A stretch of DNA of 64,000 nt from Tubiluchus corallicola (GCA_030141605.1 JAQGDQ010000162.1:310001-374000); one strand, 5' to 3'. Positions 52,208 through 64,000 are shown, counted from the first letter of the stretch. The notes: generated by a model not told the origin, from the sequence alone. Program-made: numbers and translations.

Positions 52208-53795
52208 ATAATAATGGTCATCTGATAACTTCTAAGTTCTGCAATCAAGTCGACGCCATTTTAGGTTTCGGTTTTTATTAATTGAATGATGAATTCAAAT
52301 TACAGTCTGACTGTCAGAGGTTAACATAGTCTATACCCAACTTTATTTAGTATAAATGTTTAAACTGAACGAGTCACCAATACATAAATTCTGTAAATTC
52401 AATAATTATACTATAAAGGAAAGGACAAGTCACTTAGCATTTTAGGTTTATTTTATTGTTATCACTTAAACTTAGAAAAAGATAACAAAGAAATTTGCAC
52501 AAAAACTGTCTATAAAGCATAAAGTTAATCTATTCTCCCATTGTACAAGAACTGTCAAGTGTGAATGGGCATTCAAAATGAATGAGATCTCATTAACTAC
52601 ACGAAGCACTTATCAGACTTTTTACTAAATCCGTTTAACATTTTTGTGAACACTAAAATAAAGCTAACTTTCTAGAAGACTAGGCATTTTCTTTAAAATA
52701 ATTAATTTTTATTTACCAGATCTTCAATGGTTTAACTCTAAATTGACAATTTTAGTTTTGCGCACAGTACTACAATGCTTATTGGCACCTGTTTGAGCTT
52801 TGAATGTTTCTGTATAATTATACATTTATTGTTTTCCCTTTAAAACTAAATTGGTAAAATTGTTTTACAGGCTAAAGAGCTGCACATACTACTGCGGAAG
52901 GGGATATGTTCTAAATCTCAATGCATTTCAATGTATTACGAGAACTGAAGCACTAAAAATAAAAACTAACTAAACAGCAAATGTGCGTATAAGAACAATT
53001 TGCGTCTAGAGTAAATGATTTATAATCAACCAGGTGTTGGAAAGAAATCATATTGAAATATATCAATATTTTGTTATTGTTGTAAACAATTGTCACAAGT
53101 GAATGTTTTTTCAGTTATGCAACTTTCTTAGCAATCGTCAGAAGCTTTGTAAACCTCTTGAACTCACAAATAAGTTCCTTCAAAATCAACAGCAACATTA
53201 TTAAACACTAAACAATCAGAACAACCAATACCACAACCAGGCTGTTAATGCTACACATCCCATCATAGTGCTGCCATCTATTTTGGCAATGTATTGTTTA
53301 CAATTAGCCCAACGCCCTGGCTAACCGAATGTTAAAACTGTTAAATTATTGTAAGCCATCATCTTAGTTGGTTATAGCAGTTCTGATATTCAAGTATTAT
53401 TTGTGACTTAATTTTTTTCATTTTGAGTGGCGTTGGGAAAAACGAATTCCTAAAATGAAAATAACAACCAGCAGCCATTTAAGGAACGACGTGTTTTTTT
53501 AGATACAAAACACAACGTTTTGGCCAGTTATGGTCATGTTCACAAAGCAATCTTCCTAAATAAAAATACACGGTATAAAAAGCACAGCAATGAACATTGT
53601 GAGAGTGAAATAAGGCAAAATAATTATTACTAAATTGTGAACTTCTAGATCGTGTGATTCAAAGCCAAATGACATACAAAAGAAAGTTATGTTACTCCAA
53701 CAAATTTCATTCTCTGACTAATTAATGCGCGTGGGTGGAAATAATAGAAACTTTTGAACCAAACATAAACAACACTGTAAACGAGCAGGTACAAC

Positions 53796-54247
53796 CAGGG
53801 CCTATTTCAGCCTAAGCGAGGCCCGGGGAAGTGGGGTGTGTGAGGCCCCCAAATTTTTGAACTGCTAGAACGCCGGAGAAGCATTTTCGAAGAGAAAATA
53901 TGGAGTTATACAGTTGTTAAAGGAAAGAACAATTGAAAGAAAAACTGCTTTATTCTCAAGACCAGTCCTTAATACTTGTCAAATAGTCAAATCAAAAACA
54001 ACATCTTTGCAATATGTAATACCGTACTCTCACTTCCGTACAAGTGTTAGAAATTCCGAAACTGAAAACAGCTGAACATCGGCACCGAGCCGCACAAGGC
54101 AAACGGCGCGCGTGCGGCAAGAGAGAGGGAGAGAGGAGGCAGTATGTTCGCATAAAGCAAAAAAAGTTACCTCGGCGCGAGGCCCCCCTGAAGGGTGAGG
54201 CCCCGGGGAAGTATCCCCACTTCCACCCCCCCTTGAAATAGGGCCTG
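53796..54247. mobile_element. Young hAT-family MITE (452 bp)
   Basis: 14-bp TIRs cagggcctatttca / tgaaatagggcctg (1 mismatch), a perfect 8-bp TSD ggtacaac on both sides, and subterminal gaggccc repeats. Confidence 0.9.
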
Positions 54248-54262
54248 GGTACAACCACTAGT

Positions 54263-54514
54263 TCAAAATAATTTCAGGGGCAGAGAAGAAAATTGATCAT
54301 TAAGCTCTGGCTGAAACTGTTTTTTATTTAAAAGAGTTTCAAAAATAAGCAAATCAAAGTCGTTGTTAGCAGAATCTAAAATTTTGAAATTGCGAAGTCT
54401 AAATGTGTGTTTTGTTTGTGAACTACGCTCACGGATCGACGAGTGTGGCACTGATTTCATTTGCCTGCCAGTAACAATCGACCTGCTCCAATGCTCATAT
54501 TTGCGAACTTCCAA
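54263..54514 (-). mobile_element. Penelope-like element GIY-YIG endonuclease C-terminal fragment
   Basis: R..EH..RS..TG...SSIRE..H....NFKIL..ANNDFDLLIFETLL....PELNDQ.SS.PLKLF fits the typical Penelope ORF end. Confidence 0.75.
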
Positions 54515-54739
54515 GTTGTGTTACTTGTGTTACAACATTTTCGTTGTAAATGATAATGAAGAGAATAGAATATTCTATGTTCTATTATTCTATATTCTAG
54601 GTTCTATGTTTTGTGTTTGAATTACGTTGAACAATGACAGCTAAATACGAAATTGGATTTCCTAAGAAGAGCAATTTTATAATGTTCTGAATGGATTGAC
54701 TAATTACCTTTCAAATTACTTCGTGCTCAGCTGGCCACA

Positions 54740-54921
54740 TGGCTTTGACTCTGAGCCCTCAATTTGCATTTGAAAATACTAATATTTGTGGCACTAACCA
54801 CATTGTCTGACAAGGCATTCCAGCAGGGAATAACTCTCACTTTTTTGATGAAAACTGGCTTCAACTCGTTCAAAATTTTGCAGCAATGAATAAGATCTGT
54901 TGTTTTGCCTCTCTTATGCAC
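54740..54921 (-). mobile_element. CR1-like LINE 3' fragment
   Basis: DLIHCCKILN...RVIPCWNALSDNVVSATNISIFKCKL. Confidence 0.65.
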
Positions 54922-54991
54922 ACTAGGAAACGTATCTTAACAGAAGCAACAATGACTGATTAAGAACAAGAAGCTATTTAAATACACTCTG

Positions 54992-57900
54992 CTACAATTT
55001 AGTTGCAGTAACAACTAAACAATACTTGGCATCGCACAAATATGCCTCCAGTTTCGAAGTTTCATTGGTCTTCGTTTCTACATCAGCCATTCCTGCATCA
55101 GTTAGAGCATCAAGTACCAGTTCTTTATCAACTGGCATGCAATGCAGTTTCTTTCCACCAACGTACCAGAAACTTTCCTCACATATCGTTGTCATTACTA
55201 ATTTGCCACCTGGTTTCAGCAGCGTCATCACGTTTTTTATACATTGTCTATACTCGGCATGGGTTTTAGAGGCGACCTCTATGGCAAAATTGGAAATGAG
55301 AACATCAAAAGTGCCCCGGTGAGAAGGAGTAACAGGATCGCTCCTGTTTGCATCACATTGCTGGATTTCCTTTACGTGGTTTCTCACTTGCTTCAGACGT
55401 GTTTCGTATTTTTCCAGGAGTTCACTAAAATTACATAAGAAAAACTTTAGCTTTAAAATTTTTTTAACGAAGTTTGCTATAGAGATGGAAATGGGTCACC
55501 CAGTGTGACCCATTACATACTTTACCCGCCGATGATCCAGACCCAATCTTACCCATATTCAAGACCGTACAGCTACAATGTGACCCACAATGTTTAATAA
55601 TAAGCTATTATACGTGTAATTTTTGCTTAAGTCGCTTGGGCCTTGCTTCAGACCCACCCTAACGTAACCCGACAGAAAATTATGACCCAAGTAACTCACA
55701 ACCGTTAACTCAAGGATCCCATTTCCAGCTATGGTTTGCTTTGTCTGCTTTTGCTTGTCAAGTGTATGGAGCCTGCGTGTTCATCTTAAGTGTATAATGT
55801 GATTACATTTAACCCTCGTCTAGACTGCCAGGGCCAAGGTGTACGTGAGTAAGTAACATGCAAAAGTGGTTAAATGACGGCTTCAATTGTGTGATACCGA
55901 TGAAATTGAATTTACGTGATTCTTGAGTGACACGCTTTCCTGATGAGATTTATCCAATCGGCAGCCTGAATGTTTTGCAAGTGACTACTTTTAGAGCGCA
56001 AACCTTTGTTTACTGGCAGTTTTCGATAGCGGAAATGCGCGTCTTAAGTGTATAATGTGATTACAGTTAATCCCCGTCTACGGCTTTTTACATTAATTGT
56101 TCAGAAGCAACAAGCCGTTATGCATTCATGATTGATCAGTTTATTTCAACTAAAAGCCATATGCAAACATATACATAAATTACACACATACAATAAAATT
56201 TAAACTATAGCGCACAATCTAAAACTGAAAAAAATCGCATAAAATTAGATATTCGGGTAAAAAATTATATGCAAATTAGAAGTACCTGCGACCACTGCAA
56301 CACGAAGTTAGACCTGTATCGCCTGTCAGATACAGAACCATTAGTTATAAAATTATAGCTTTTTTCGTGATTCTTGAACAGATACTATATGCAGGTTTTC
56401 TTCTTATTACAATGAAATGTGGAACAGGGTTCATTGCACGCATATACGAAGCTCTAGTGTCATATTCGTAATTAAAAAATTCTAACATCAGTATTATATG
56501 CAGGTCTAAGTTTACGATTATATTGTACAATTTAAATTTCACCCATAGTCTAAAGCAGTAGAACAGACTACAATGTGATCGGAATAATACCTCTTTGACA
56601 TTCAGAGAACTCATGTTCTGGAGAGAACTTTAGTTTTAAATCTTAATCTGTGGTTCTACAGTCCACCTACGACCACATTCTACAGTTTACCTGAACTAAA
56701 GGTGGTGAACTGGGTATATATATACCTAGGTGACATTCTTGAGTACCTCCCAGTATGATGCGCGCATTACTGCCAATTATACGAACTTTCTTTGAAGGGC
56801 AACTAATTTATTTGAAGGGAATAAAATCTCATTCAATCTCATTATGTGGCCTGTAAAATGTAAAATGTAAAAACATATTTTGCATTTTAAAGACTACATA
56901 ATTTTATGTTTTAGAGTCCAAATAATGCGGTTGACTAACTGTTGCCTTTCAATTAAATTAGTTGCCCATCATGGAAAGTTCGTATTATTAGCAATAACAC
57001 GCACGTCATACTGGAAGGTATTCAAACCTGTCACCCAGTTCACCACCTTTAGTTCAGGTAAACTGTAGAATGTGGTGTGGTCGTAGGTGGACTGTAGAAC
57101 CACAGATGCACGTTTCTACATAAACTAAAATAAACTTATGTTAACATATATATATATATGTGTTAACATAAGTTTATTTTTAAAAAGTTATTAGTCTGCC
57201 TCAGTGTGTATTTTGAATTCAAATTAGATTCCATTTTGTTTCTCTGCTGTGTCTGAGGGACCACATTCACATTTGCGTTACATTCATAATTTTCTGATTG
57301 CAAAAATTTGTGTAAAATCTTAGGAGAATGTAAACAAAAATTCTACGTGTGTTCAGATGCAGGGACCCTTTCCGTGAATCTGAGAAGATTAGAGAATTTA
57401 TAGAACTTAGCAAAGTCAAGAAATATTTAGAAACGTTGTCTTATTAATATGTGTGTAAACATATATTTTTTAGCATAAGCGTAGTTCTAAAGATGCTGTA
57501 AGTCTCAATTTACCTTTCTTCATTGTTTTAATTTGTGGATGCTATAATTTTTAGTCGATTGAATAGTCTTTTTGAATAGTCCCTTGTATGTAACAAAAGT
57601 CGACGTAAGTTACTTACAGAATTATAACAATATGCTCAAGTTTCGCAACCTCAATATTACACGTATAAATCTTGCCCAGAAATGACTTCATAACTACCTC
57701 TTACTTGAAGATTGTATTATGAGATCATAATAGTTGCTCCAGTCAAAAGGATATTCACCCGTTTCTTTCCACTGCTGAAGTAGTTTAATGTTGGGTTCTG
57801 CATAATCTGCCATGACTATGTCTGTAAAATTGTCTCCAACTGAAAGCACATAGGCCAAAGTAGGGCCACATCCGAAATCCAACAGCCTGCTACCTGGTAA

Positions 57901-59231
57901 CCCTTCTCCTGTTTGCATACAATTACTATTGTCAGCAAAATTCGGACATTTCAAAGTATGTGCTAGAATGTCAAAAATAATTTGTGATATTCTAATAGTT
58001 AGTAGTTTTACGAGGGCGAAATGCCATTTATTTTCGACACCCCTCTACATTGTGATGGTTCGACACAGGATTTCAACATTAAGCTTGAACATTTACTAAG
58101 ATTGTCACAAAACTTAAATTTTATTTTAAATATAGCAATCATTTATTATCTGCTTACTTCCAGTCTTTAGCCATAATGCGAGGAACTGATTACCATGAAA
58201 ACCCTACAAGGGCTAGAGAAACATGCACGTCCACCTAACTTACATTTCATATTTCCAAATCGTTCTTTGGCGTATGTCATTTTTTCTTTAGTTAATAATC
58301 TTCCAAATCATGTAACTGATAAAGTTTATACTTATGGTTACAAATCCTTCACCAAGTAAATTATTTTTCCATAATACTTATTCTGATATTTGTATACTTG
58401 ATGTATACGCACTTTATTTAAGTAGTCGTTAATTAAGTTGATCCCATGTGTGCTATATTATTATTTCACTTCAGGTTATGTATGTTCATACTTCAATCGG
58501 TAAAATCCTATAGAGTAACAGTATTGATAGTTAACATCCGGTATGAAAAATTGTTCATTGATCATCATTGTTTCGTCATCGTTTGTCCCCATCTATCAAA
58601 CAATTGTATTCTGTTGTACGCTATTTATGTTAATGGTCAGGGTGGCCCGTACGGTTTGCGACTTTTTGTCATGTATGGGTCTCTCAGTCCCACATCTGTA
58701 CGTAAACCATGTATAATGTTTCCAAGTTGTAGATTTGTGATGTTGGTTAAATAAAAAATAAAAAAAATAAATGAAAATAGCCTTAACTAAAATCTCACTA
58801 GTAAAAATAAGGATTATATTAAATGCACACAAACACATGTAATAAAAAGCACACGATTACAGAGCTATAATTACATTTACGCGATTATCACGTAATATTT
58901 ACATTAATATACAATCAATAAACAAGTTAATTAAAGTTTATAAGTTTAAATAATAAAATCATTAGGTATACGGAATAAAATTGAGCTCCATAAAGTAGAA
59001 TGAATATATGTATCACATTCTAAATAGATTTGATATACAAATTAAAACGAATAAAAAGTCGACACTTGCGCATACGTACGTCAAAATTAACTATACATAT
59101 ATCGAAATAGTCTTCGTACCTTGGTGAAAGACTTCTCGGTATTTTGCAAATACATTTTCATATTCGTTTAAGTACTCAACAAAGTGTTCATTTAAATAAG
59201 CAACGCTGTCAAAGTTTTCACAGTCAGCCAT
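54992..59231 (-). CDS. NNMT/INMT/PNMT-family methyltransferase, copy 3 (3 exons, 251 aa)
   Basis: Exons 59231-59120, 57908-57698 and 55424-54992 (756 nt, phases 1/2). Motifs FDSVAYL, LLDFGCGPT, YPFDWSNYY, LLKPGG. Confidence 0.9.
55480..55733. mobile_element. hAT-like MITE in intron 2 of methyltransferase copy 3
   Basis: TIRs tagagatggaaatggg / cccatttccagctatg, TSD gtttgcta / gtttgctt (7/8), internal gaccc repeats. Confidence 0.75.
56646..57107. repeat. About 460-bp foldback (long inverted repeat) element
   Basis: atctgtggttctacagtccacctacgaccac...ggtgaactgggt is mirrored at 57033-57107; the inner arms stay complementary but are more diverged. Confidence 0.9.
57127..57180. repeat. AT-rich perfect palindrome
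   Basis: 20-bp arms aaaataaacttatgttaaca / tgttaacataagtttatttt around a (TA)n centre. Confidence 0.9.
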
Positions 59232-59629
59232 GATGAAACTCACAGTGCACTATGCACTTTCGTCTATGTTTTTTACACTTCGGATATGAGCAAATACAGC
59301 TTACTTAAGCAGCCTAATCAAATATTGAACGCGAGCGTATTTTATGTTTTTTTTGCGTAATGTTTTCTTTTTTGTCTGTATTCCATTAGGATTAGGTATC
59401 GTACTATAGGGGCTTGGAATGATATTGCAAATATGAGGAATGATATTACAAAAAGAACGAAAAAACTCAAGTTCATTGTGTCAAGTAAACTATAACGTTT
59501 GTTTCTTCTACAGTCAGAACGGTAATACATTTGTCAAATTAAACAGTATAAAAACTTACAAGATCCCAATGATCTTCCAAACGCGTTGACTGCATCTTGT
59601 CTGCATACTAGCCATTGTTTTACTCACAT

Positions 59630-59860
59630 AAATCAGGGAGAGATGGGTAGGACATCTTCTAAGATTACCAAATGAAGCACCAATAAGAATCGCCTTAAAG
59701 AAAGCCTTAAACTTTGCAAAAAACTACCTGGTAAACCTACGACTTGGGTAGCTAAGATAACTAAAAATTTTCAACAACTTCAACCATATCCATCTTTAGG
59801 AGTAGAAGAACTTACGCTGTCAGTTGCAGATAGAAGTGGGTGGAACGCTCTGATAAATGT
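59630..59860 (+). mobile_element. RTE-clade LINE 3' fragment
   Basis: RWVGHLLRLPNEAPIRIAL...PGKPTTW...ADRSGWNAL. Confidence 0.7.
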
Positions 59861-60263
59861 TGATACCTCAATGCCTACAATATTTAAGATTTTGAGGAAT
59901 GAGATTTTGAAGAAAGAAAAAGTCAGGTAGGATGGCAATGCCAAGCCAAACGCATGGTTCAAATGGCAGCACCGTCCAATAGTATATTCGCGATGCTGGC
60001 TGTTACACATAATACTGTGTTTATTCTGGGAACAGTTCTAAAAAATTGGGCTCGAGTCGCAGCAGACGTGCAAAATTTCCAGACTTTTTCCCGTTTAGTA
60101 CATTGTTTTTCGCATTTATGTGATTTTCAATTGTTATCTGCGTTTTGTAAGGTGCCTTTATATTTAATTCTTTGATGAAGCATTAATGAGTTTTGTGAGT
60201 TTGTTTTGTTGAACTTTTGACTAGCAGGAATTTAAAGCAGACAATAGATATACTTATCCATGC

Positions 60264-60647
60264 AATAAGTCTTTTCACACTTTCAGCGATTGATGGTGTT
60301 CGTGAAAGGTCAAGGGTTAAATGAACTAGACAACGCAGTCGTGTACACTTTACAACGCCTTGCAGCCCATGCTATTGCAATAGTAACATTTTTAACAGCT
60401 AACAAGAATCTTACCTGGTTTATTTTTTCTTGTTCCCAAGCAAGATTCTACTAGTAAATCACTCTACGTATAAACTAGTATGTACTTAAATCCACGTAAA
60501 ACAACTAAAGTTATTCAACTGATACAACAGACGGCTTTGCTTACAAACATGTCATATGATGGTTGTAGTTAAGACTCGTTGCTGGGGTCCGCTTAACCCT
60601 TGACTTACAGTAACTGCGCGTGAGTATAGCGAAACGGTGAAAAGCTT
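60264..60647. mobile_element. MITE family A, copy 3 (inverted relative to copy 1)
   Basis: Ends aataagtcttttcaca ... gtgaaaagctt; 60430-60600 is the reverse complement of the 5420-5610 core. Confidence 0.6.
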
Positions 60648-60665
60648 CAGCATAATTATGTTGTT

Positions 60666-61007
60666 CTAATTTAGTTGCTGTAGTGACTAGATAATATTTG
60701 CCATCACAAAAATCTGTAGCCTACGTTGAAAGTTGAGTGGTCTCTTTCTTCACATCAGTCATTCCAGTGGCATCTAGAACATCAAGAATCAACTCTTTAT
60801 CAACTGACATGCAGTGCAGCCTCTTCTTACCGTCTTTCCAAAAACTTTCCTTGCATGTTTGTAGCCATTACGATTATGGTTTAAGCAGTGTCATTACGTT
60901 TTTTATGCACTTTTTATACTCGACGCGAGTTTTAGGGACGACCTCTATGGCAAAATTGAAAATGAAAACATCGAAAGTACCCCGGTGAGAAGGAGTTACT
61001 GGATCAC
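60666..61007 (-). pseudogene. Truncated methyltransferase pseudogene (copy 4, partial exon 3 only)
   Basis: DPVTPSHRGTFDVFIFNFAIEVVPKTRVEYKKCIKNVMTLLKP then stops and frameshifts. Exons 1-2 and the exon-3 acceptor are absent. Confidence 0.85.
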
Positions 61008-62061
61008 TATAAAAATAAAAATAATAACAATAAAAATGCAAAATTAGCTAGCATTTGTTTCCAATCGAGATCCTTCTTGCATGCTTCTCCCTGGATTCGA
61101 ACCAGGGACTCTTCAAAGGCAGAGATGGACATAGACTCAATGTCTCATATTGACTTGATCTTTCGTTAGGGATAATGCGGCAGAACATCTTTGTTGGTTC
61201 AGTGGTTCACTTTAGAGTACTAGCCTTGTTAATGAGCCAGTTCCGGTCTCGCCACTACTACACACATTGAGTAGGCCCTGCCGTTAAATCCTGGATCCCG
61301 ACTTGCAGTGTGCAAAGTGTTTAAAAAAAAGTCATAACTTTTTGCACTTATTTTTGGTGTCGTTTTCAGATGTTCACTCAAAATTTAATGATTATGATAA
61401 ATCTTTTATTATATATCTCTGCTATTTTATAGGCACTACGCTTTTCGTAATGATTTGTTTATGTTTTGCAATTATGCTTTTCATAAATTCTTTGTATAAA
61501 AACTCTAATAGAGACAAGCTTAAACCACGTTTACCAGATATACATATGCGACTTCGCGGGTGTTTAAACCTTGTCATCCAAGTTAGTTAAATTAAAATGG
61601 TTTAAATTTTAGTGGAGTGCTGTATGTCCATTTTGGGTTTATATGCTGCAGTCAAGTGCGTTATATTGGTCATGCATACTACAATAGCAAACTGTGCATA
61701 TGCCCGTGGGTACTGCAAGTAAAACAGTTACTACGAAATGTCAGCAAAGCATCCGATAGGTAAGGAAATATTCCCATCTAGCCAGCCAGCCTGCCGGTAA
61801 ATTACAGTTAACCTTTGTTGTAACAGTTAAGCAATAAATGGAAATTTTCTGCCATTACCATTTTAGATTTGCATATTGAAAACAGCAATAAGTAAGCATT
61901 AATGGAAACTTTTATTTAACATAGCCTTTAAATGACCAATAATTCAGCTGCTTATTTGATGGCACGTTTGACATACAAAGTATGACATCATCGAAGTGGA
62001 CTATAAGCTACATAATGCTGTGTATGTATATCAGCACAATTGTTCCGCAGGAGTTTTAGAC

Positions 62062-62332
62062 ATGCAGAAGAAAAATTTTCGGGTTCTCGTTTGTGTTTTC
62101 TTTATTGAGATCTTGTTAATTGTTCCCACCAACTCGAAATGTCACTTGAAAGGTGCAGAATACAGAAATGGTGAAAGAATGCCTGATCCCGATCCATGCA
62201 ATCAGTGTTTCTGTGATGAGATCACAATGAATTGCAAGAGAATAGTCTGCAACAAACCTAAAGTTCAACTTGATGCATGCGAACTGAGAACAAAGCCAGG
62301 ATTTTGCTGTCCAACTGAATATGTGTGCCCGT
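62062..62332 (+). CDS. Secreted von Willebrand factor type C (VWC) domain protein, first coding exon; continues beyond this exon
   Basis: Acceptor ccgcag| at 62050 and ATG at 62062. Signal-like MQKKNFRVLVCVFFIEILLIVPTNS, then CHLKGAEYRNGE..PDPCNQCFC...C.RIVC...C...PGFCCP..YVCP. Phase-1 donor t|gtaagt. Confidence 0.8.
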
Positions 62333-62691
62333 GTAAGTAAACATTATTTTGCATAATAATGGCTAGTAATAATTAAATATAACACATCGTGAAATTTGCA
62401 TTCATCGTGAAAGGTTAAAAATAAAAGCCAGCCTCACCAACAATTTTAGCAAAAGTTTGAAGAACACGTGTTGAAAAGACATTTCCTTTCCTTTTGTAAA
62501 CTAGTTAAGTAATTATATAAAAAATTTAATGGCTTTACTTACCCCAATTGCTGCATTGATGACATTTAGGCAGGAAACTATAATACCTCGTTTTACAGGC
62601 AAGAAGTCATTGCTAGCCGTTTCTGTCTACTTCGGGGTCGGGAACTCGGGGTATTTTGCACACGTGTAACACAAAAACAAACTTCTGCAGG

Positions 62692-62735
62692 GTGTGTGTG
62701 TGTGTGTATGCGCGCGCGTGCGTGCGTGCGTGCGT

Positions 62736-62770
<35 letters not shown>

Positions 62771-63008
62771 ACAGGCAGGCAGACAGACAGGCAGAGAGAC
62801 AGACAGAGAGACAGGCAGAGAGACAGGCAGAGAGACAGGCAGAGAGACAGACAGACGGACAGAGAGACAGACAGAGAGACAGACAGAGAGACAGACAGAG
62901 AGACAGAGAGACAGAGAAACACAGAGACAGAGAGACACAGAGACAGAGAGACAGAGAGACACAGAGACAGAGAGACACAGAGACAGAGAGACACAGAGAC
63001 ACAGAGAC

Positions 63009-63039
<31 letters not shown>

Positions 63040-63071
63040 CAGAGAGAGAGACAGAGAGAGAGACAGAGACA

Positions 63072-63118
<47 letters not shown>

Positions 63119-63154
63119 GGAGAGAGAGAGAGAGAGAGACAGAGAGAGAGAGAG
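62692..63154. repeat. Compound microsatellite (GT)n-(GCGT)n-(CAGG)n-(GACA/GA)n
   Basis: Read directly from the sequence. Confidence 0.95.
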
Positions 63155-64000
63155 ATCACTTAATGCATTTTTGTTTTTCTTTCTCTAATTTGAAATTTAC
63201 TATTAATCTGGGCAGCACCAGCACACGATTTTCCTTCTGGTGCTGTCCAGAAGCAAACCAGTAGCCTCAATAAAAACTATATATTACCTTTACTGTGTCA
63301 ACATTTGTATTAATTTCATGCTTTCTGTGTAAATTATCATTGTAAATTTGTGTGCTTATGGTAAATCTAGCAATAAATTCAATATATAAAAATCATTTAA
63401 TAATGCTTCTCGCACAAACCTGCTGTGGCGTCATTCACAATACGCAGCCGAAGTTTGACGAATGTATACACAGTAAATGTTCAAAATGATGAAATCTGAC
63501 AAATTTTATGAATTAATTCATGTAGTTGGCTTGCGCGCATAAAAAACTGGGGTATTCGACTTAATTATTTATTTTCTGCTCAAGTTGTTGGCTTTTATAA
63601 TTATAAAAATTACTGGGCATGTATTTTAAAGTAGAGTTCCTTGCCAAGAGTCAGTAGGGCATTTACTCTTGTGAGTAAGAAATTCCCAAGGTTGTAGTCC
63701 TGGCTGATAAACATACAGTGTTTGGGCATTTTTCAGCTAATTAATACTCATCACATTAATCTAATTAATTGTGAAATATAATAATTTACTTAACGTCTGA
63801 TTTTATGTGTGACAAAATGATTTTGCTTCTTAGAACAATTAACATTAAAACTATATTAAACTGTATAATTGCTAACACAAATTGGCTAAAGGTGTTTGTA
63901 ATGCTAATATACGTTCAGAAGTGATAACAATTCTTATTTTCAGCAAATTTTAAATCTTAATTTTTCATTGCCAGCAATATGTTCTTCCATAGTAGAGAAA

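Noticed and set aside
55784-56080. 39-bp direct repeat pair (55784-55822 and 56042-56080) as LTRs or att sites
   Set aside because: Too short, no TG..CA ends and no coding content between them; likely a local duplication.
62593-63264. Six overlapping ORFs up to 202 aa
   Set aside because: Artefacts of a stop-free compound microsatellite.

Overview
AT-rich, intron-containing genomic DNA from an invertebrate animal; nothing here is prokaryotic. The left half holds a 14-exon minus-strand peptide O-xylosyltransferase (oxt/sqv-6/XYLT type, with a WSC domain; 32839-5937). An intronless Sowah ankyrin gene (13785-15080, +) is nested antisense in its intron 9, and the spliced XYLT model seems to lack a segment of roughly 45 aa where a hAT-like element fills the intron. 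The right half holds a tandem array of NNMT/INMT/PNMT-family SAM methyltransferases: three intact 3-exon copies and one truncated pseudogene. Between copies 2 and 3 are remnants of a TSP1-like gene, and a secreted VWC-domain exon lies near the right end. A possible PB1/NBR1-like first coding exon sits at the left edge. The rest is rich in mobile-element relics (hAT MITEs, solo LTRs, CR1/L2, RTE, Penelope, Gypsy, Tc1, THAP, tRNA-derived SINEs), palindromes and tandem repeats. Exon boundaries were read by hand from GT-AG sites and codon phase. Family calls rest on remembered motifs, not database searches.
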